DNA of 64,000 nucleotides from Alphaproteobacteria bacterium (GTDB lineage Bacteria; Pseudomonadota; Alphaproteobacteria; GCA-2731375): NCBI GenBank assembly GCA_965232515.1, contig CBDDPY010000002.1, positions 128,001 to 192,000 of the forward strand, read 5' to 3'. Shown piece by piece: positions 59,822 to 64,000 of this stretch (position 1 is its first letter; each line of letters starts with the position of its first letter). The notes under the pieces were generated by a model. It saw only the letters and a program-made list of their open reading frames with translations, ran no database searches and was not told where the DNA came from. The position numbers and the translations under genes were made by a program.

Positions 59822-61111
59822 ATGAAAGTGGAACTCAACTACGGCAAGGGCAAGCTGCCGGTCAATCTGTCGGACGACTGGGACGTGACGGTCGTGGCCA
59901 AGGACAGCATGCCGCTGATCGCCGATCCGGCCGACGCCATGCGACAGGCGCTCCGCCGGCCGGTCGGCGCGCCGCCGCTTGCCGAACAGGCCCGCGGTTG
60001 CCGCAGCGCCTGCATCCTGATCTGCGACATCACCCGGCCGGTGCCGAACGGCGTGATCCTACCGCCCCTGATCCGCGAGCTGCTGGACGCCGGGGTACCG
60101 GCCGACGCCGTCACCGTCGTCGTCGCCACCGGCCTGCACCGGCCGAACGAAGGCGACGAGCTGGCCGAGCTGGTTGGCGACCCCTGGGTGCTTGGGACCG
60201 TCAACGTGGTCAACCACTTTGCCGAGCGAGACGACGACCATGTCGTGCTCGGCCGCACGAAAACACGCGACACTGTCGTCAGCCTCGACCGTCGCCTCGT
60301 CGAGGCCGAGTTGAAGATCGCCACCGGCCTGGTCGAGCCGCACTTCATGGCCGGCTATTCCGGCGGCCGCAAGGTCATCGCGCCGGGCGTCGCCCATAAG
60401 GAAACCATCACCACCTTCCATAGCGCCCGCTTCATGGAGCATCCACGCGCGGCCAACTGCGTGCTCGACGGCAACCCCTTGCACGAAGAGCAGCTGCAGA
60501 TTGTCGAGATGCTGGGCGGCGCGCTCGCAGTCAACGCCGTGATCGACGACGAACGACGTCTGTCGTTCATCAATTACGGCGAGATCGTCGAGAGCCACCT
60601 GCAGGCCGTCGACTACATCCGGCGCTACGCCGAAGTGCCGGTAGCGCGGCGCTTCAAGACGGTGGTCACCAGCGCCGCCGGCTATCCGCTGGACAAGACC
60701 TACTATCAAACCGTGAAGGGCATGGTCGGTCCGATCGACATCCTCGAGCCCGGCGGCAATCTCGTTATCGCGTCGGCCTGCTCGGAAGGCATGGGGTCGT
60801 CACACTATGTCGAGGCCCAGCGGCGCCTGGTCGCGCTGGGGCCGGACGGCTTCCTCGCCGACATTGAGAAAAAGAGCCATGCCGATATCGACGAATGGCA
60901 GACCGAGATGCAGCTCAAGCCCATGCGGCTCGGCGCCATCCACCTCTTCAGCGACGGCCTCGACGGCGAGGCGCGGGGGCTGACCGGGGTCAACGTCACC
61001 GACTCCGTCGACGATGCCGTCCGCCAGAGCGTCGCGCAGACCGGCGACCGCGCCGTCGCCGTGATCCCGGAGGGTCCCTACGTCGTGCCGGTCTACCAGC
61101 CGGCGGCCTGA
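59822..61111 (+). CDS. larA: Nickel-pincer-dependent lactate racemase family protein (LarA homolog)
   Basis: DITRP, ATGLHRP, EPHFMAGYSGGRK, FHS, YYQTVKG match LarA active-site motifs. Confidence 0.9.
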   Translation: MKVELNYGKGKLPVNLSDDWDVTVVAKDSMPLIADPADAMRQALRRPVGAPPLAEQARGCRSACILICDITRPVPNGVILPPLIRELLDAGVPADAVTVVVATGLHRPNEGDELAELVGDPWVLGTVNVVNHFAERDDDHVVLGRTKTRDTVVSLDRRLVEAELKIATGLVEPHFMAGYSGGRKVIAPGVAHKETITTFHSARFMEHPRAANCVLDGNPLHEEQLQIVEMLGGALAVNAVIDDERRLSFINYGEIVESHLQAVDYIRRYAEVPVARRFKTVVTSAAGYPLDKTYYQTVKGMVGPIDILEPGGNLVIASACSEGMGSSHYVEAQRRLVALGPDGFLADIEKKSHADIDEWQTEMQLKPMRLGAIHLFSDGLDGEARGLTGVNVTDSVDDAVRQSVAQTGDRAVAVIPEGPYVVPVYQPAA

Positions 61112-61131
61112 CGCCCGAGGGCCATCCGCCC

Positions 61132-62310
61132 ATGCGCATTCATCTCGATCCGATCGGCGGCATCGCCGGCGACATGTTCCTGGCCGCGGTGCTGGATGCC
61201 TGGCCGGAGCTGGCCGATGGGCTGCGCGAAGCCGTAACTGCGGCCGGTCTGCCGGATGCCTGCCGTCTGCTGATCGAGCCCAAGCAGGACGGCACCTTCA
61301 CCGGCGCCCGCTTCGCCGTTGTCGTTGATGGCGACCTGCCACGGCCGGCCGGCGCCTGGCGCGAGATCCGCGAGCGGCTTGCCGACAGTGCGCTGCCGGG
61401 TGATGTGCGCGACCGCGCCATCGATATTTTCCAGTTGCTGGCCGAGGCCGAAGGCGCGGTGCACGGCAAGCCGCCGGACGAAGTGCATTTCCATGAGATC
61501 GCCGGGTGGGACTCGGTCGCCGACATCGTCGGCGCGGCCTACGTGATCGACGCCATCGGCGCCACCGGCTGGTCGGTGGCGCCGCTGCCGCTGGGCGGCG
61601 GCCGGGTCAAGAGCGCCCACGGATCGCTGCCCATACCTGCGCCCGCGACGGCCGAGCTGCTTCAGGGATTCGCTATGATCGACGACGGCGTCGGCGGCGA
61701 ACGGGTGACGCCGACCGGGGCGGCAATCCTCAAGCACTTGTCGGTCGATGCCGGCGCCCCACGGCAGTCCGTCAAGATTGCAAAAACCGGTATCGGCTTC
61801 GGCACCCGGACGCTGCCGGGCATGAGCAACATTCTCCGGCTGCTCGCCTTCGAAGAGCAGACGGCCGTGCGCCGCGACGGCGAGGTCGCGGTGATTGCCT
61901 TCGAGGTGGATGACCAGACGCCGGAAGACCTTGCGGCGGGGCTCGATAATCTTCGCGCAAGACCCGAGGTGCTCGATGCGCTCCAAACGCCGGCGATCGG
62001 CAAGAAGGGCCGCAGCGTGGCGCGGATACAGGTCCTGTGCCGTCCGCAGGCGCTGAATTCGGTCATCGACGCTTGTTTCGCCGAGACCGCGACCATAGGT
62101 CTTCGATGGAGCATCGCGGCCCGGGCCGAGCTGGCGCGCGACGAGACCCGCGTCGATGGCGTCGGCGTCAAACGTGTACGGCGGCCGGGCGGCGTGAGGA
62201 CGGCGAAAGCCGAGCTCGACGATCTTGCTAGCCTGCCGCTGTCCGAACGGCAAGCGCGGCGGCGGTCGGCGGAAGCGGCCGCGTTGGAGGAGGACGATGA
62301 CGGAACGTAA
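61132..62310 (+). CDS. larC: Nickel insertase for NPN cofactor
   Basis: GIAGDMFL, VHFHE, DSVADIVG, AHG..PIPAPAT, TPTGAA, VDDQTPE, KKGR, ETATIGLR. ATG 61132. Confidence 0.92.
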   Translation: MRIHLDPIGGIAGDMFLAAVLDAWPELADGLREAVTAAGLPDACRLLIEPKQDGTFTGARFAVVVDGDLPRPAGAWREIRERLADSALPGDVRDRAIDIFQLLAEAEGAVHGKPPDEVHFHEIAGWDSVADIVGAAYVIDAIGATGWSVAPLPLGGGRVKSAHGSLPIPAPATAELLQGFAMIDDGVGGERVTPTGAAILKHLSVDAGAPRQSVKIAKTGIGFGTRTLPGMSNILRLLAFEEQTAVRRDGEVAVIAFEVDDQTPEDLAAGLDNLRARPEVLDALQTPAIGKKGRSVARIQVLCRPQALNSVIDACFAETATIGLRWSIAARAELARDETRVDGVGVKRVRRPGGVRTAKAELDDLASLPLSERQARRRSAEAAALEEDDDGT

Positions 62311-63085
62311 GCTCGCCGCTCTTCACGACGTGCTGGACGGGTGCGACCGCATCGCCGTCGCCGTCAGCGGCGGCGTCGACAGCATGACGCTCGGCACCGT
62401 TGCCCATCGCCGCGTGGCCGACGCGACCATGTTCCATGCGGTCTCGCCGGCCGTGCCCCCCGAGGCAACCGAACGCGTGAAATCCTACGCCAAACGCGAG
62501 GGCTGGCGATTGCGGGTGGTAGACGCCGGCGAATACGACGATCCCGACTACCGCGCCAATCCGGTCAACCGCTGTTTCTACTGCAAGCAGAACCTCTACG
62601 GCACCATCGCCGGCCTAACCGACGCGCCGATCGCGTCGGGTACGAACCTGGACGATCTCGGCGACTTCCGGCCCGGCCTGATGGCGGCGGAACGGCATGG
62701 CGTTCGCCATCCCTTTGTCGAGGCCGACATCGATAAAGCAACCGTGCGCCGCATCGCGGCAGGCCTTGGGCTGGAAGACATCGCCGATCTGCCGGCCGCG
62801 CCGTGCCTGTCCAGCCGGATCGAGACCGGCATTGCCATCGATGCCGACAGCCTTGCCTTCGTGCACCGCGTCGAGCGGCTGTTGACGGACGGCCTGTCGC
62901 CGCGAACCGTGCGGTGCCGGGTGCGCAACGAGGGCATCGTCGTCGAGCTCGATCCCGAGGCGCTGACCCGCCTGTCCGACCGGCCCGACCTGAAGAACGC
63001 GGTCGCCGCGGCGAGCGCACGCGGCGGCTATGGCGGCGAGGTCGGCTTCACGGCTTATCGCATGGGCAGCGCGTTTCTCCGGTGA
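62297..63085 (+). CDS. larE: ATP-dependent sulfur transferase for NPN cofactor
   Basis: PP-loop SGGVDS, NRCFYCK, GTNLDD..DFRPG, PCLSSRI, RCR. Confidence 0.92.
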   Translation: MTERKLAALHDVLDGCDRIAVAVSGGVDSMTLGTVAHRRVADATMFHAVSPAVPPEATERVKSYAKREGWRLRVVDAGEYDDPDYRANPVNRCFYCKQNLYGTIAGLTDAPIASGTNLDDLGDFRPGLMAAERHGVRHPFVEADIDKATVRRIAAGLGLEDIADLPAAPCLSSRIETGIAIDADSLAFVHRVERLLTDGLSPRTVRCRVRNEGIVVELDPEALTRLSDRPDLKNAVAAASARGGYGGEVGFTAYRMGSAFLR

Positions 63086-63729
63086 GCGACGACCACGTCT
63101 TCGATTTCCAACGCCAGGACCGTATCGGTCTGGCCGAGGCCGTACTGTGCGAGGGCAAGACGCCGGGCCAGATCGACGCCATCATCGCCACCGCGCTCGG
63201 TAACGAAAAGCGGCTGCTGCTGACGCGCCTTGCCGAGGACGTCGTTGCGCAACTTGACGCGCCGATGGATTACGACCCGCTGTCGCGCACCGGCATTGTC
63301 GGCGAGGCCGATCCACCCGCCGACGCGGCGTCGGTGGCGGTGGTGACCGCCGGCACGTCGGATCTGCCGGTCGCGCGCGAGGCGACCCGCACGCTCGGTT
63401 TCTACGGCAAGGCGGTGACCGAGATAAACGACGTCGGCGTCGCCGGCCTGTGGCGGCTGCTGGCGCGCGAGGATGACCTGCGGCGGCATGCCTGCGTGAT
63501 CGTCGTGGCCGGCATGGAGGGCGCGCTGTTCAGCGTCGTCGCCGGCCTCGTGCCCGGCATGGTGATCGCGGTGCCGACCTCGACCGGCTATGGCGCCGCG
63601 AACGGCGGAAACACGGCGCTGCACGCGGCGCTGTCGAGCTGCGCGCCGGGCCTGGTCGTCGTCAATATCGACAACGGCTACGGCGCGGCCAGCGCCGCCT
63701 TACGCTTCCTGGCCGCGCGCGATCAGTAA
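63082..63729 (+). CDS. larB: NPN cofactor carboxylase/hydrolase (PurE-like)
   Basis: EAVLCEGKT, TAGTSDLPVA, DVGVAGLWRL, VAGMEGAL, AVPTSTGYG, VVNIDNGYGA; GTG overlaps the larE stop. Confidence 0.93.
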   Translation: MSDDHVFDFQRQDRIGLAEAVLCEGKTPGQIDAIIATALGNEKRLLLTRLAEDVVAQLDAPMDYDPLSRTGIVGEADPPADAASVAVVTAGTSDLPVAREATRTLGFYGKAVTEINDVGVAGLWRLLAREDDLRRHACVIVVAGMEGALFSVVAGLVPGMVIAVPTSTGYGAANGGNTALHAALSSCAPGLVVVNIDNGYGAASAALRFLAARDQ

Positions 63730-64000
63730 CCCAGCTTGGGGTTCACCCGGTTGCGCAACGGCTTGCCGGCGAGCGTGCGGCCAATATTGTCGAACACGAT
63801 ATCCAGCACGCCCTGGACATAGCCGTCGGCGTCGTCCGACGACACGTGCGGCGTGATGATCAGGTTCGGCGTGTCCCACATCGGCGAATGGGCGGGCAGG
63901 GGTTCGGGATTGAAGACATCCAGCACGGCGCCGCTCAGATGCCCGTCACGCAGGCGCGCCGACAGGGCCGCGTAGTCGACCACGGCCGCCCGTCCCATGT
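63723..64000 (-). CDS. D-2-hydroxyacid dehydrogenase family, C-terminal part (5' end outside window)
   Basis: GRAAVVD, GAVLDVFNPEPLP, IITPH, LRNRVN..LGY. Confidence 0.88.
   Translation of the reverse strand, partial: MGRAAVVDYAALSARLRDGHLSGAVLDVFNPEPLPAHSPMWDTPNLIITPHVSSDDADGYVQGVLDIVFDNIGRTLAGKPLRNRVNPKLGY

Overview
A GC-rich, densely coding bacterial chromosomal segment. Gene content and a REP-like palindrome suggest an alphaproteobacterium (inference). It is mostly catabolic and transport genes: a partial cytochrome P450 missed by the ORF track, a Crp/Fnr regulator with a perfect CRP box upstream, an FAD/Fe-S oxidoreductase with a glyoxylate aminotransferase, a Dpp/Opp-type ABC importer, a C-P lyase cluster (phnF, phnGHIJKLM, PhnZ-like HD protein, DUF1045, phnN), amtB-glnK, a CoA-transferase/thiolase-like/DUF35/MaoC module, a soluble-adenylyl-cyclase-like STAND protein, a sugar ABC importer with a PfkB kinase, sugar-acid enzymes, a GGT, a fused CydDC-like exporter, a TcuA-like flavoprotein and a larA-larC-larE-larB cluster. 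I saw no rRNA, tRNA, CRISPR array, integrase or transposase. The best candidate for an undescribed system is a lower-GC islet (about 50063-51747) with two coupled genes, a 4-TM membrane protein and a membrane-anchored TIR protein; it sits beside a 245-bp diverged duplicate of the neighbouring dehydratase gene and may be an anti-phage module. Second is an exported protein with 48 consecutive Asp, ten GGGGD repeats and a degenerate OmpA-like C-terminus. All functional calls come from reading motifs by eye; no database searches were run.
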